Positions 9,621-19,922 of a DNA stretch of 64,000 bases are shown here, piece after piece. The stretch lies in assembly GCA_030602345.1 (NCBI GenBank), contig JAUVZX010000001.1, positions 1,668 to 65,667 of the forward strand, read 5' to 3'. The DNA is from Bacilli bacterium. GTDB lineage: Bacteria; Bacillota_I; Bacilli_A; RF39; UBA660. Numbering within the stretch: position 1 is the stretch's first letter; each line of letters begins with the position of its first letter. The position numbers were made by a program, and so were the translations under genes. A model generated the notes under the pieces. The model made no database searches. It was not told where the DNA came from and was given only the letters and a program-made list of their open reading frames with translations.

Positions 9621-10439
9621 GTGATAACTATGAATTTTGCTAATAATTTACAAAATTTAAGAAAAACGAACAACATGTCTCAAGAAGACCTTGCAAACAA
9701 GCTAAATGTTTCAAGACAAACTATATCTAAATGGGAAAGCGGAACTACTTATCCCGAAAGTGATAAATTAATCGATATATCTAATTTATTTAAAGTTAAA
9801 ATCGATGATTTAATTAAGAAAGAAATAGAAGAAGAAACTATCAAAATATCCTATATAAAAGAAAGCAAATTACATGCATTTAATACAGCTTTGGGTGTAT
9901 TTATTATTTTCATGGCGGTTATTTCACTAGAAATGTTTGGTGTTTCCCCCTATCAACCAATGATTTTCTTTTCAATGATTGGTGTCGCTGTTTCATTATT
10001 TATAATATTTAACTTTAGATACGCCAACTTCAAACTAGAAAACCCTATTCTCTCTTTTTATTACTCCAAAGAAGAAATTCAAAACTTCAATACTAAATTC
10101 AGTTTTTTAATATCCTTGGGCATAATATTAATTTTATTTGGAATAGGAACTGCTAATGTTGGCGGTGAAATTGTTTTATTATCATCTGTTGCAGTCGCAG
10201 TATTTATATTCGTGTATATGGGATTATTAAAGTCTAGGTTTGATATTAATAATTACAACAACAAAGAAAAGAAAAAAGATACATTAGTAGACAAAGTAAC
10301 TTCTATCATTATGTTGTCTGCCACTTTCATATTTTTATTACTAGGATTTTTATTACATTTATGGCATATTGCATGGGTAGTATTCCCTCTAGGAGGAATT
10401 CTCTGTGGAATTGTTGCTATTATATTAGAAAAAAAATAA
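9621..10439 (+). CDS. XRE-family HTH transcriptional regulator with a C-terminal multi-TM membrane domain
   Basis: N-terminal HTH_3 (SQEDLANKLNVSRQTISKWESG), followed by about 5 hydrophobic helices. Confidence 0.6.
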   Translation: MITMNFANNLQNLRKTNNMSQEDLANKLNVSRQTISKWESGTTYPESDKLIDISNLFKVKIDDLIKKEIEEETIKISYIKESKLHAFNTALGVFIIFMAVISLEMFGVSPYQPMIFFSMIGVAVSLFIIFNFRYANFKLENPILSFYYSKEEIQNFNTKFSFLISLGIILILFGIGTANVGGEIVLLSSVAVAVFIFVYMGLLKSRFDINNYNNKEKKKDTLVDKVTSIIMLSATFIFLLLGFLLHLWHIAWVVFPLGGILCGIVAIILEKK

Positions 10440-10449
10440 GACATATGTT

Positions 10450-11610
10450 TTATTTTTTTATGATTAAAAATGATAATAATCCAATTAATAATAATGATAT
10501 TATTCTAGCATTTATCTTATCTACTTTATCTGTCTTATCATCTACACCAACTGCTAAAGTAGCTAATATACCTCCTATTAACCCTCCAATATGAGCACCA
10601 TTGTCGATACCTGGAACGGTTAATCCAATCATTAAGTTTAATAAAAGAATTGGTAGTATTTGTGATTTTAAAACATTACCTAAATATACTCGATAATAAT
10701 AACCAAATACCGCTAATGATCCTAATAAACCAAATATTGCTCCAGAGGCTCCTACCGATAAGGCACCAGGCTGCATAAATGTAAGTGACATTAAACTAGA
10801 AGAGATCAAACTGAATATATAGATGTATATAAACTTCTTTTTACCTAAAAACTTTTCGATTTGAGGTCCCAACACATATAAGGCATACATATTAAATAAT
10901 ATATGTAATAGTGATGCGTGAAGAAAACCACTTGTAAGAATTCTTATTACTTGCCCTCCTAGAACTGCATTTTTCTCTAAAGCTCCTAGAATAAATAATA
11001 GTGTTCCGTTAATATTAAATTCTCCTCTTAATAAAAACATAAATGAATATATAGCAAAATTAAAATAGATTAAAAAATTACTAATAGTAGGTTTCTTATC
11101 TTTAAATACCTTTTCTATCTTTTTATTATCTTTTTCATTTTTATTGCTAATTTCTTTAGTTAATCTAGAAAATAAAGCTTCACCTTTATCTTTTGTATTT
11201 AAAAAATTCATTAAGTTAGGAAATGATTTATTTAAAAAATCATATTTCTTAATATCTTTTTTAGCTTTTATATTAGCTATCAAAAGATTGTTATCTTCTA
11301 ACTCTTCTAAATTAATACCTTCATTTAAATTTAAGAAAATATTAATTGCTTTTACTTTAAAGGAAAAAGTTTTTTTCTTAATTTGTTTAATGACTTGTTC
11401 TGTTTTAAATAAATCTAATTGAATTTGTTCATCATTATGAATATAGTTAGTAACAATTCTAATTATTTTATAATCTTCATCCATGTTTTCTAACCATATT
11501 TCATCTTTTGCCCCATGTAAAACAATAGGATTATAATTTTTTTCAGTTATGAAGTAATGTAATAACTTCATAACCATTTCTTCATCTTTTTTAATTTTTA
11601 AAGTAGCCAT
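10450..11610 (-). CDS. Rhomboid family intramembrane serine protease (GluP/YqgP-like) with an N-terminal cytoplasmic domain
   Basis: Rhomboid core motifs are present: GASGAIFGL (catalytic Ser) and AHIGG (catalytic His). Start trimmed to M (MATLKIK) so that it abuts the rluD stop. Confidence 0.65.
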   Translation of the reverse strand: MATLKIKKDEEMVMKLLHYFITEKNYNPIVLHGAKDEIWLENMDEDYKIIRIVTNYIHNDEQIQLDLFKTEQVIKQIKKKTFSFKVKAINIFLNLNEGINLEELEDNNLLIANIKAKKDIKKYDFLNKSFPNLMNFLNTKDKGEALFSRLTKEISNKNEKDNKKIEKVFKDKKPTISNFLIYFNFAIYSFMFLLRGEFNINGTLLFILGALEKNAVLGGQVIRILTSGFLHASLLHILFNMYALYVLGPQIEKFLGKKKFIYIYIFSLISSSLMSLTFMQPGALSVGASGAIFGLLGSLAVFGYYYRVYLGNVLKSQILPILLLNLMIGLTVPGIDNGAHIGGLIGGILATLAVGVDDKTDKVDKINARIISLLLIGLLSFLIIKK

Positions 11611-11611
11611 A

Positions 11612-12496
11612 TTACTCTCCTTTATAGATTTTAATAATATTTTCCATTTCTTCTGGAATACTTGCTTCAAACGTCATTTCTTTTTTAGTAGTTGGATGAA
11701 TTAAAGTAAGTCTGTATGCATGCAAACATTGTCCAAAGTCATTATGTTTACCTTTTTGACCATATACATGATCATTTACAATAGGAAAACCAATATACTG
11801 CATATGAACTCTAATTTGATGAGTTCTTCCTGTTTCTAATTCAACTTTAATTAAAGTTGCTTCTTCAAATCTTTCTAAAACCTTAAAATGAGTAATTGCT
11901 TTTTTACCCGTAGCTATAACAGTCATCTTTTTACGATCTTTTAAAGACCTTCCAATAGGAGCATCAATTGTTCCTGTATCATTTAAAATTTTACCATGAA
12001 CTAAAGCTATATATTCTCTTTTTGCATTTTTAGAAGCAATTTCATTAGCCAAGAATTCGTGAGCAGCATCATTTTTAGCTACTACTAATAGACCTGTAGT
12101 TTGAGCATCAATTCGATGAACAATTCCCGGCCTAAATGATTCTTCTTTACTTAAAACCGAGTGGTGCAATAACGCATTAACTAGCGTTCCTGTTTGATTG
12201 CCTACGGCAGGATGAACAACCATATGATTATCTTTATTTACAATAATAATGTCATCATCTTCATAAATTATATCTAGAGGAATATCTTCTGCTTTTAACA
12301 CATCTATTTCTATTTTTACTTCTTTGATAAAGATATTGTCACCTTCTTTAACACTATAGCTAGCTTTTGTTGTTTTATCATTAACTAAGATTAACTCTTT
12401 ATCAATCATTTCCTTAATTTTACTTCTACTTTTCGATAATAGTTCACTTAAATAATTATCGATTCTTATGTTATTTTTATTTACTGTGTGTTCCAT
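11612..12496 (-). CDS. rluD: 23S rRNA pseudouridine synthase, RluA/RluD family
   Basis: S4 domain followed by the HRIDAQTTGLLVVAKN catalytic motif. Paired with lspA as in other Firmicutes. Confidence 0.8.
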   Translation of the reverse strand: MEHTVNKNNIRIDNYLSELLSKSRSKIKEMIDKELILVNDKTTKASYSVKEGDNIFIKEVKIEIDVLKAEDIPLDIIYEDDDIIIVNKDNHMVVHPAVGNQTGTLVNALLHHSVLSKEESFRPGIVHRIDAQTTGLLVVAKNDAAHEFLANEIASKNAKREYIALVHGKILNDTGTIDAPIGRSLKDRKKMTVIATGKKAITHFKVLERFEEATLIKVELETGRTHQIRVHMQYIGFPIVNDHVYGQKGKHNDFGQCLHAYRLTLIHPTTKKEMTFEASIPEEMENIIKIYKGE

Positions 12497-12938
12497 GAGT
12501 AAATTCCTCCTTCAAAATGGAATATATGATATATACCGCGGATAAAGTAATTAGTATATCAGCAAAGTTGAATATAGGAAATCTATATCCTATAAATTCA
12601 AACCCTAAATAGTCTATCACATATCCTAAAAAAATGCGATCAATTAAATTGCCTAAAAGACCTGCAAATAAAAAATAATATGCTAATTGATCTTCCTTCT
12701 TAATTATTAAATATATTAAATATATTGATGCTAGTAATCCTATTAAAATCAATAATAAGAGTTTGCCATCAAAGATACTGAAGGCTGCTCCATAATTTCT
12801 TACATTCCAAAGATAAAAAAAATCTCTAATTATTTCAATAAAGTGATCTTTCTCTATCTTTAAAATAACTATTTTTTTTATTATTTGATCAATTAAAACT
12901 AATGTAAAAATTAAAAACATTTTCTTCATAAATATCAC
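12477..12938 (-). CDS. lspA: Lipoprotein signal peptidase (signal peptidase II)
   Basis: 153 aa membrane protein with NYGAAFS and FNFAD motifs. Confidence 0.8.
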   Translation of the reverse strand: MIFMKKMFLIFTLVLIDQIIKKIVILKIEKDHFIEIIRDFFYLWNVRNYGAAFSIFDGKLLLLILIGLLASIYLIYLIIKKEDQLAYYFLFAGLLGNLIDRIFLGYVIDYLGFEFIGYRFPIFNFADILITLSAVYIIYSILKEEFTHGTHSK

Positions 12939-12976
12939 TATTAATTATACCATTAAACAAAAAAAAAGACTATATA

Positions 12977-13429
12977 TTAGTCTTTTTTAGCTTGCTCTAA
13001 AGCATTAAGTACTGCTGCTTTATATATGTCAATTTTCATAGTAACACCACTTACAGCGTCAGTTTTACCTGATTCATCTAATTCTAGATCAACTGATTGA
13101 TTTTCTACAATATAAGCTTCTAAAGCTTCTACTTGCTCATACCATTCTTTACCGATTGGTGAAGCAACTGCCATACCATAGTCATCTCCAAGTGTTTTCT
13201 TCGTAGTATATAAATCATCTTTTAAATAAGTTGTATCAATATATACTGATTTAATAACACCAGCATCATCGATGTATACTACTGCTGTAGCAACATAATT
13301 TTTTTCAAATGAAACATATTCATGACTTCCCATGTATGTACCACCTGCATATTCACTATTAGCAACTTTTTCACAACCTACTAAGAAAATAGCAACTGCA
13401 ACTAGAACGAAAACTAAATATTTTTTCAT
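12977..13429 (-). CDS. FMN-binding domain lipoprotein
   Basis: Lipobox LVGC. DAVSGVT resembles the FMN_bind flavinylation motif. Start trimmed to MKKYLVF. Confidence 0.55.
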   Translation of the reverse strand: MKKYLVFVLVAVAIFLVGCEKVANSEYAGGTYMGSHEYVSFEKNYVATAVVYIDDAGVIKSVYIDTTYLKDDLYTTKKTLGDDYGMAVASPIGKEWYEQVEALEAYIVENQSVDLELDESGKTDAVSGVTMKIDIYKAAVLNALEQAKKD

Positions 13430-13477
13430 GTACCCTCCTATCATAAGTATATTATAAATAATATGGGATTTCAACAA

Positions 13478-13975
13478 TTATATGCTAACTTCGAACTGTT
13501 TTAGCATATGTTTTGTAATAAATGCTATAAAAATACCAGAAAAGATAGAAACACCAATTAAAATAGGTAAATAATAGATTAAACTTGGAGTATTTAAAAT
13601 ATACATTGCTACTACTAACTGAGTCATACTGTGGCTTAATGATCCTAAAATACTCACTCCGTATATAGGCAACCTAATAAATTTAGCTACGATCATAATT
13701 AACATACTAACTATTGCACCGCTTATACTAAATAAGAAGACTGGACTAAATATTCCTGAAAATAAAATACCTACTAAAATTACTCTTGTAATAGATGCAA
13801 AGAAAGCATCTTTACCACTATACTTATAAAAAATAAATACTATTACAACATTAGCAAGACCTATTCTAATTCCCGGAATAGTCGCAAACAAAGGTATTAC
13901 ATTTTCTACTATATTAAGAACTACCGCAAGCCCAATTAACATTGATAGTTCTACTGTTTTTTTCATTTCATTCAT
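13478..13975 (-). CDS. Gx transporter / heptaprenyl diphosphate synthase component I family membrane protein
   Basis: 165 aa, 4-5 TM; member of the ApbE-associated cluster. Confidence 0.45.
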   Translation of the reverse strand: MNEMKKTVELSMLIGLAVVLNIVENVIPLFATIPGIRIGLANVVIVFIFYKYSGKDAFFASITRVILVGILFSGIFSPVFLFSISGAIVSMLIMIVAKFIRLPIYGVSILGSLSHSMTQLVVAMYILNTPSLIYYLPILIGVSIFSGIFIAFITKHMLKQFEVSI

Positions 13976-14337
13976 CTTATTACTCCATCTATATCACTTG
14001 TTTTTATTTCAATAACAACTAGATTAGGAAGACATACTATTGCCTCACCTACATTTGAAATATATCCTTGTTTAGAACAAAGGTGTTTATCACTAGTTTC
14101 TTCGATCACTCTTATTTTACCATAAGTATATTCAATTGTAACTTCACCTAGTAATCCATCAACAATAAACTGTTCTTCATACATCATATTCATATTTATC
14201 TTTTTTATTATTTCACCATCATAATATATATACGCTTCTTTTTTTGAAGAACTATTATTTAAAATAAAGAACGAATTTATTGCAATTAATAAAAGAATGA
14301 CAATTAAACTAATTTCTCTTTTACTCATATTTATCAA
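13972..14337 (-). CDS. NusG domain II-containing small membrane-anchored protein
   Basis: 121 aa, N-terminal TM anchor; position between ApbE and the Gx transporter is typical of this conserved cluster. Confidence 0.4.
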   Translation of the reverse strand: MINMSKREISLIVILLLIAINSFFILNNSSSKKEAYIYYDGEIIKKINMNMMYEEQFIVDGLLGEVTIEYTYGKIRVIEETSDKHLCSKQGYISNVGEAIVCLPNLVVIEIKTSDIDGVIR

Positions 14338-15280
14338 TTCCTTTACTTTTAATTAACAAATCATCCTTAGTATGCCAAATAGCATAAGTATTATCTAATG
14401 AATTGATTATTTCTTGCCCTTCTTCAATTGGTAAGATGAATAATATAGTTGATAGTGCATCTGCAATATAATAATCACTTGTAACTACTGTAACACTACT
14501 ATATAAATTTGCAGGCATATTAGTTCTAAAATCAATTATATGACCATATCTTATATTATCAACTTCAATATAGCGATCATAACCTCCAGAAGTTACTACA
14601 GCCATATTATTTACTTTAAAGCTATGAATTATCTTGTTTTCAGCCCCTTGGACACCTATATTATAATAATCCGGGGATTTATCACCAGTTATGATGTTTC
14701 CTCCAGAATTGATCATTATTTGATCTAAATCATTACTCTTTAAAAAATCATATACTTTAGCACTAGCATAACCTTTTGCAATTGCTCCCAAATCAATATT
14801 AGGTTTATTATTTAATATTCTATTATCTTCTACAAGAACTATGTTTTTATATTCATTAATTGATTTAAGTAACTCTTCTTCACTATAATTACCTTTTTTA
14901 TAATAATCAATAATGTTTCCTTTAGAAATATCAAATACAGAAGATATATTTTCATTTATTTTAATACTATATTCAATCATTTCATATAATTCATCGCTTA
15001 AATATAAATATTCATCATCTAAATCGTTATTTTTAATATAATAAGGATTAACTATATCGTTATATCCAATATGTTTATTAGATATCTTATGATAGTGCAT
15101 AAATATATCCTTAGCTTCATTTAATACTTCAGATACATCCTTATCACTTTTTACAATAATACTTATTTGAGTATCCATCGCAAAAAAAGTTATCTTTTGA
15201 TCTGATACTTCTTTATTAAAATATTGGAATAACGCACTTATAATAAGTCCAATTATAATATATATTTCTATTTTCTTCAT
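14321..15280 (-). CDS. apbE: FAD:protein FMN transferase (ApbE family)
   Basis: N-terminal TM anchor, FFAMDTQ (ApbE FxxMGT-like) and DLGAIAKGYA motifs. Confidence 0.8.
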   Translation of the reverse strand: MKKIEIYIIIGLIISALFQYFNKEVSDQKITFFAMDTQISIIVKSDKDVSEVLNEAKDIFMHYHKISNKHIGYNDIVNPYYIKNNDLDDEYLYLSDELYEMIEYSIKINENISSVFDISKGNIIDYYKKGNYSEEELLKSINEYKNIVLVEDNRILNNKPNIDLGAIAKGYASAKVYDFLKSNDLDQIMINSGGNIITGDKSPDYYNIGVQGAENKIIHSFKVNNMAVVTSGGYDRYIEVDNIRYGHIIDFRTNMPANLYSSVTVVTSDYYIADALSTILFILPIEEGQEIINSLDNTYAIWHTKDDLLIKSKGIDKYE

Positions 15281-15305
15281 AAAAAAATTATATCAAAAAA
15301 AGTAG

Positions 15306-16328
15306 TTATTTACTACTTTCTTCTAATAAATTATTATAAATATCTTTTAATTTAGCTCCAATTAACTTAATATCTCTTGCTTCTGCTACTTTATAGCCTT
15401 CTTCAGTTAAATCTGGAACTTTTTTTGCTATTATATCTTTTATTTTCTTTGAAAATTCATTATTATTTTTAGCTTTATATACATTTTCACCGTCTTTTAA
15501 CCATCCTTCATAAATAGGAATATCTCTAATTAAGACTGGTATTTTCATTGCTAGAGCTTCTAATAAAACAATTCCTTCTGTTTCTTCATAAGTAGGAAAA
15601 ATAAATAAAGATGCGAATGAATAAGCTCCTTTTAACACTTCTTTAGAAACATATCCTGGGAAAAATAAGTTATCGAGTTCTGTTTTAACAGCTTCTTTTA
15701 TCTTTTTAGGAACTACCCTTAAGTTAGTGTGGCCAAACCAAACAAATTTATATTCAGGATGCTTTTTAGCAAGTTCAACAAAATCTATTATTCCTTTTCT
15801 TTCAATGAATAATCCAACTGCAATAATAACTTTGTCATCTTTTTTAAAACCAAATTTCTTTCTAAATTCTTCAGCATAATTAAAGTCTTTCTTAAAAAAA
15901 CTTAAATCAATACCATTTGAGATATCAATAATTGGCTTTTCTAAATCATAACCTTCTAATAACTTCTTAGAGTATGGTGTTGGTGTCAAAACTAAATCTG
16001 CCGAACTATAACAAGTTTTTAGCCAAACTTTAAATAAAGGTGCTACTTGATTAGATAAGACAAAAGAATTTCTAAAATCTTCTTCCGTAGAATGACCATG
16101 GAAAATTACCTTTTTGCCTTGCATCTTAGCCTTTACACCCATCAAATATGATTCTAAAAAAATAGTATTAATATGAATAATGTCATAATCATCATCTGGA
16201 TCTGTAGTATATTCTACATTATTAAGTTCTAGAGCCTTCATTTGGTGCCTTATCGCTCTTCCTACACCGCTTTTTTCGATTGCTTTCTGATTATCAGAAT
16301 GTAACAATACTTTCACTATATCACCCAC
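15306..16328 (-). CDS. Glycosyltransferase family 4 (GT-B fold)
   Basis: 340 aa, EX7E-like region (ETEGIVLLEALAMKIPVL). Confidence 0.65.
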   Translation of the reverse strand: MGDIVKVLLHSDNQKAIEKSGVGRAIRHQMKALELNNVEYTTDPDDDYDIIHINTIFLESYLMGVKAKMQGKKVIFHGHSTEEDFRNSFVLSNQVAPLFKVWLKTCYSSADLVLTPTPYSKKLLEGYDLEKPIIDISNGIDLSFFKKDFNYAEEFRKKFGFKKDDKVIIAVGLFIERKGIIDFVELAKKHPEYKFVWFGHTNLRVVPKKIKEAVKTELDNLFFPGYVSKEVLKGAYSFASLFIFPTYEETEGIVLLEALAMKIPVLIRDIPIYEGWLKDGENVYKAKNNNEFSKKIKDIIAKKVPDLTEEGYKVAEARDIKLIGAKLKDIYNNLLEESSK

Positions 16329-16353
16329 ATTAATTATAGCACAAAAAAAGCAA

Positions 16354-16878
16354 TTAAATAATTGCTTTTAGTTTATTTACAAAACCACGATAATCTTTGT
16401 AAACCGGTTTAGTTTCAACCAGTTTTTCAAATTTTTCTAAATCTTCTATTTCACTAACTTTAAGTGGAATAAATTGTTCATCACTGATCATGAAAAAGAA
16501 ATACTCTTCTGTTCTTGCTATTTGTTTAATTTCTTCATATTTGAAAGTAAAGACTTCTTTACTTCTCCCCTTTTTTACCGAATAATTTATTTCTTTATTC
16601 TTAACTACAAAATCTAATGCTAATGATTTTCCTGCTTCGAATATTGCTTCTAATTCCCTTTTATATAAGACATAATATGTTGGTAACACGAATGCCCAAA
16701 AAAGTAAAAATCCAAAGAATAAATAAACATAACCTGTTATTAAGAATAACAACATTACAAATGCTATAAAAATCATATATATTGAAAAGTTTTTTTGAAA
16801 AAATATTAACATAAAGTTATTATAATTTAATATATCTTCAAACTCGGCTTTTATTTTAAAATTAAACTCTTTTTTCAT
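16354..16878 (-). CDS. YcxB-like membrane protein (hypothetical)
   Basis: 174 aa, two central TM helices. Confidence 0.35.
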   Translation of the reverse strand: MKKEFNFKIKAEFEDILNYNNFMLIFFQKNFSIYMIFIAFVMLLFLITGYVYLFFGFLLFWAFVLPTYYVLYKRELEAIFEAGKSLALDFVVKNKEINYSVKKGRSKEVFTFKYEEIKQIARTEEYFFFMISDEQFIPLKVSEIEDLEKFEKLVETKPVYKDYRGFVNKLKAII

Positions 16879-16880
16879 AT

Positions 16881-17936
16881 TTAAAACACTCTCTTATTTT
16901 TCAAAAATGGAATATCATCATCCTCTGTATCAGTTTCAACATCTTTTATTTCAACACGATTAGCGAATGAATGATATAAAGGTTCTTTACCTGCTTCAAA
17001 ACCTGTTGCAATTACTGTGACAATTAACTCATCATTTAAGTTTTCATTAATAACTGCCCCAAAGATTGTATTAATATCTGTATTAGCTGCTGCTCTAACT
17101 ACTTCTAAAGCTTCTGCTACTTCAGAAAGTGCTAAATTAGTACCTCCTGTAATATTAACAATGGCATCTGTTGCTCCATGAATGCTTGTTTCTAATAAAG
17201 GACTAGACACTGCTTGTTTAGCAGCTTCTGTTGCTCTATTTTCACCTACACCAAGTCCAATACCAATTAAAGCATTTCCTCTGTTTTCCATTACTGTTTT
17301 AACATCTGCAAAGTCTAAGTTAATCAATCCTGAAACTTGAATTAAATCTGATATTGACTGAACACCTCTTCTTAAAACATTATCAACTTCTTTGAAAGAG
17401 TCAAGTAATGGCGTTGTTTTATCAATCAATTCACGAAGACGATCATTTGGAACAACTATCAATGTATCAACATGCTTTTTAAGATCTTCTAATCCATTTA
17501 AAGCTTGATCCATTCTTCTTTTTCCTTCGAAAGAAAAAGGTTTAGTAACGATTCCAACTGTAAGAGCTCCTAGATCTTTTGCAATACTAGCGATTACTGG
17601 TGCAGCACCTGTTCCGGTACCACCACCCATACCACAAGTAATAAAAACCATGTCTGCATTATCTAAAGCAGCAATAATTTCTTCTTTACTTTCTAAAGCA
17701 GCATCTCTACCAACTCCTGGGTTTGCTCCAGCACCTAATCCATTAGTTAAACTCTTACCTAATTGAATTTTAGTTGGTGCTTTGGCATCGTTCAATACTT
17801 GTAAATCAGTATTTGCTACGATGAAATCAACACCCTTAACACCTGATTCAATCATTCTATTAACTGCGTTATTGCCGCCACCACCGACACCAATAACTTT
17901 AATCTTTGCTAACTGATCCATTTCTAAACCAAACAT
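16881..17936 (-). CDS. ftsZ: Cell division protein FtsZ
   Basis: GGGTGTG tubulin signature, 351 aa. Confidence 0.95.
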   Translation of the reverse strand: MFGLEMDQLAKIKVIGVGGGGNNAVNRMIESGVKGVDFIVANTDLQVLNDAKAPTKIQLGKSLTNGLGAGANPGVGRDAALESKEEIIAALDNADMVFITCGMGGGTGTGAAPVIASIAKDLGALTVGIVTKPFSFEGKRRMDQALNGLEDLKKHVDTLIVVPNDRLRELIDKTTPLLDSFKEVDNVLRRGVQSISDLIQVSGLINLDFADVKTVMENRGNALIGIGLGVGENRATEAAKQAVSSPLLETSIHGATDAIVNITGGTNLALSEVAEALEVVRAAANTDINTIFGAVINENLNDELIVTVIATGFEAGKEPLYHSFANRVEIKDVETDTEDDDIPFLKNKRVF

Positions 17937-17945
17937 ATATTCCTC

Positions 17946-19196
17946 CTACTCGTTAAAAAAGAAGCCAAACAATTTTCCGATCATATTATCGTTTGAAATC
18001 CCCAAACTATTTCTCTTGGTTTGTGATAATTGTTCGATATCATCTTCATCGAACATTGTATAATTTTTGCCTTTTAACTTAAGCTTACTTATAAAGTATA
18101 CAATACTTCCTAGTGCTGGTGCAAATTTATTGTTTCTAAGTCCTATTAAGTTCATATTACCAACTTTTGCCAATGACCCAAAAACATCATTTACGACATA
18201 CTCGAAGTGTGCCATATTACTAGTACCGCCTGTTAATATTATATAATCAATTTGACGATTTGTTAAGGTTTTTAGTTGTTTTTTTGCATTTTCTAAAATA
18301 TCTCTTATTCTTTGCATCACGATATCTGAAACTTCAAACTGATTTATTTTTAATTTGACACCATCACGATTGATTATTTCTTGAATATCAGTCGTTTGAG
18401 CATACATCTTATGAGCAAATGCAAATTTTTCTTTTAAAGTTCTTCCTTGCTTATTAGTTAATTTATATATTGTTGCTAAATCAGAATCAATATCATCGCC
18501 ACCCATATTTAATAATGCTTGTTTAACTACGATTCCTTTATTATATAAAGAAACTGTTGTTACTGACGCTCCTACATTGATTACTGCTCCAATACCCTCT
18601 TTTATCTTTTGGTCTTTAAAAACATTAATTTCTCCTAAAGCGTTGATAGTTATATCAACTACTTCAACGCCAATACCCGTTACTAATGAAACAACTGATG
18701 CTATATTCTTTTTAGGAGTAGTTATAATAATTGATTTATTTTTGAGATGTGAAGAAACGAGATTCTTTGGATCTTCGATTTGTTCATAACCATCCAAAGT
18801 AAAATTAATAGGAACAATCGTCATGAAAGCATATTTGTCTTCCATTCTATAACTATCGATTGCATTGTCTAAAACAGCGACTAAATCACTAGAATTAATA
18901 ATGTGATTTTCATCTTCAAAAGTAATATGTCCCTCAACTAAATCAAACTTAGCTAAGTAACTAGGTATACTTGCAATAACTTTTTTGACCTCGACTCCTA
19001 AGACTGCTTCTACTTCTTTCAAAGCACTCTTCAAAGATTCTTGAGCCATTTCAACATTTGTAATCAATCCATTAGTGATACCTGCTGATTTTACTGAACT
19101 AGCAGCTAATAAATTTAATTTGTTTTTAAAAAGTTCACAAGTTACTACTTTTATACTATCTGAACCAATATCTATACTTGTATAAATGTGTTTCAT
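17946..19196 (-). CDS. ftsA: Cell division protein FtsA
   Basis: 416 aa actin-like ATPase immediately upstream of ftsZ. Confidence 0.9.
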   Translation of the reverse strand: MKHIYTSIDIGSDSIKVVTCELFKNKLNLLAASSVKSAGITNGLITNVEMAQESLKSALKEVEAVLGVEVKKVIASIPSYLAKFDLVEGHITFEDENHIINSSDLVAVLDNAIDSYRMEDKYAFMTIVPINFTLDGYEQIEDPKNLVSSHLKNKSIIITTPKKNIASVVSLVTGIGVEVVDITINALGEINVFKDQKIKEGIGAVINVGASVTTVSLYNKGIVVKQALLNMGGDDIDSDLATIYKLTNKQGRTLKEKFAFAHKMYAQTTDIQEIINRDGVKLKINQFEVSDIVMQRIRDILENAKKQLKTLTNRQIDYIILTGGTSNMAHFEYVVNDVFGSLAKVGNMNLIGLRNNKFAPALGSIVYFISKLKLKGKNYTMFDEDDIEQLSQTKRNSLGISNDNMIGKLFGFFFNE

Positions 19197-19256
19197 AACT
19201 CATCTCCATAACTAAAATTATTATACTATATTTTATATAAAAAACCAAATAAAAAA

Positions 19257-19922
19257 CTACTTAAATACCTCAAAATAAGTGCCAGCATCTAAATGCAAAA
19301 TTCCTTTTGCATAATCGAAGTTAGAAATGATCGTTAAATACTCATTTATTCTGGTCAATTTATCAGTATTTATATATACATAATTACCATCTGACATAGC
19401 AAGCAAGAAACGATCTTGATCAACCGAACTAGGACGATATTCTATCTCAGACACTCTTCTTAATACTTCATAATCTATTTTGGCTAATTGTTTTAAAAAT
19501 AAATTGAAATTTTCTTCGGGAACAAAATTAATTAAAGTAGTATTACTAAATTTACCTTCAATAATTTTGTTATCTTCCAAATATGTTTTATTATTTAACA
19601 AATCATAGAAATAAGGTTTTCTTTCAGTTACTTCGATGTTTATTTTATATAACCAACCCTTAGTAACCTTCGCATCTTTTATATAGATATTAGCTTTCAA
19701 TCTTTTTTCAATCGTATTTGTAAATGTTTGAAAAAAAGGTGGATATTCATCTATCTTAGCAAGCTCTATAATATATTGTTCTTTTAAATATAGATTTCCC
19801 TTAACTTCGATATTTCTCACCTTTTGAGAAAAGATAGTCGTTATTCCATAAAAAAGAAAATATCCAATTAAAAATACTAAGAATATTCTATCATATCTAA
19901 TTTTTACTTTCTTTTTATTCAT
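19257..19922 (-). CDS. divIB: Cell division protein DivIB/FtsQ
   Basis: 221 aa, N-terminal TM helix, POTRA-like region; conserved position between murB and ftsA. Confidence 0.7.
   Translation of the reverse strand: MNKKKVKIRYDRIFLVFLIGYFLFYGITTIFSQKVRNIEVKGNLYLKEQYIIELAKIDEYPPFFQTFTNTIEKRLKANIYIKDAKVTKGWLYKINIEVTERKPYFYDLLNNKTYLEDNKIIEGKFSNTTLINFVPEENFNLFLKQLAKIDYEVLRRVSEIEYRPSSVDQDRFLLAMSDGNYVYINTDKLTRINEYLTIISNFDYAKGILHLDAGTYFEVFK

Noticed and set aside
10253-10594. Overlapping 63-aa (minus) and 77-aa (plus) ORFs at the XRE / rhomboid gene junction
   Set aside because: These are alternative-frame readings of the 3' ends of two well-supported convergent genes. No RBS is present, and the composition is a low-complexity artefact.
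11612-11670. 58-nt overlap between the rhomboid protease ORF start and the rluD 3' end
   Set aside because: The overlap disappears if the rhomboid gene starts at the internal Met (MATLKIK, 11610) directly after the rluD stop. It is treated as a start-codon artefact rather than a real gene overlap.
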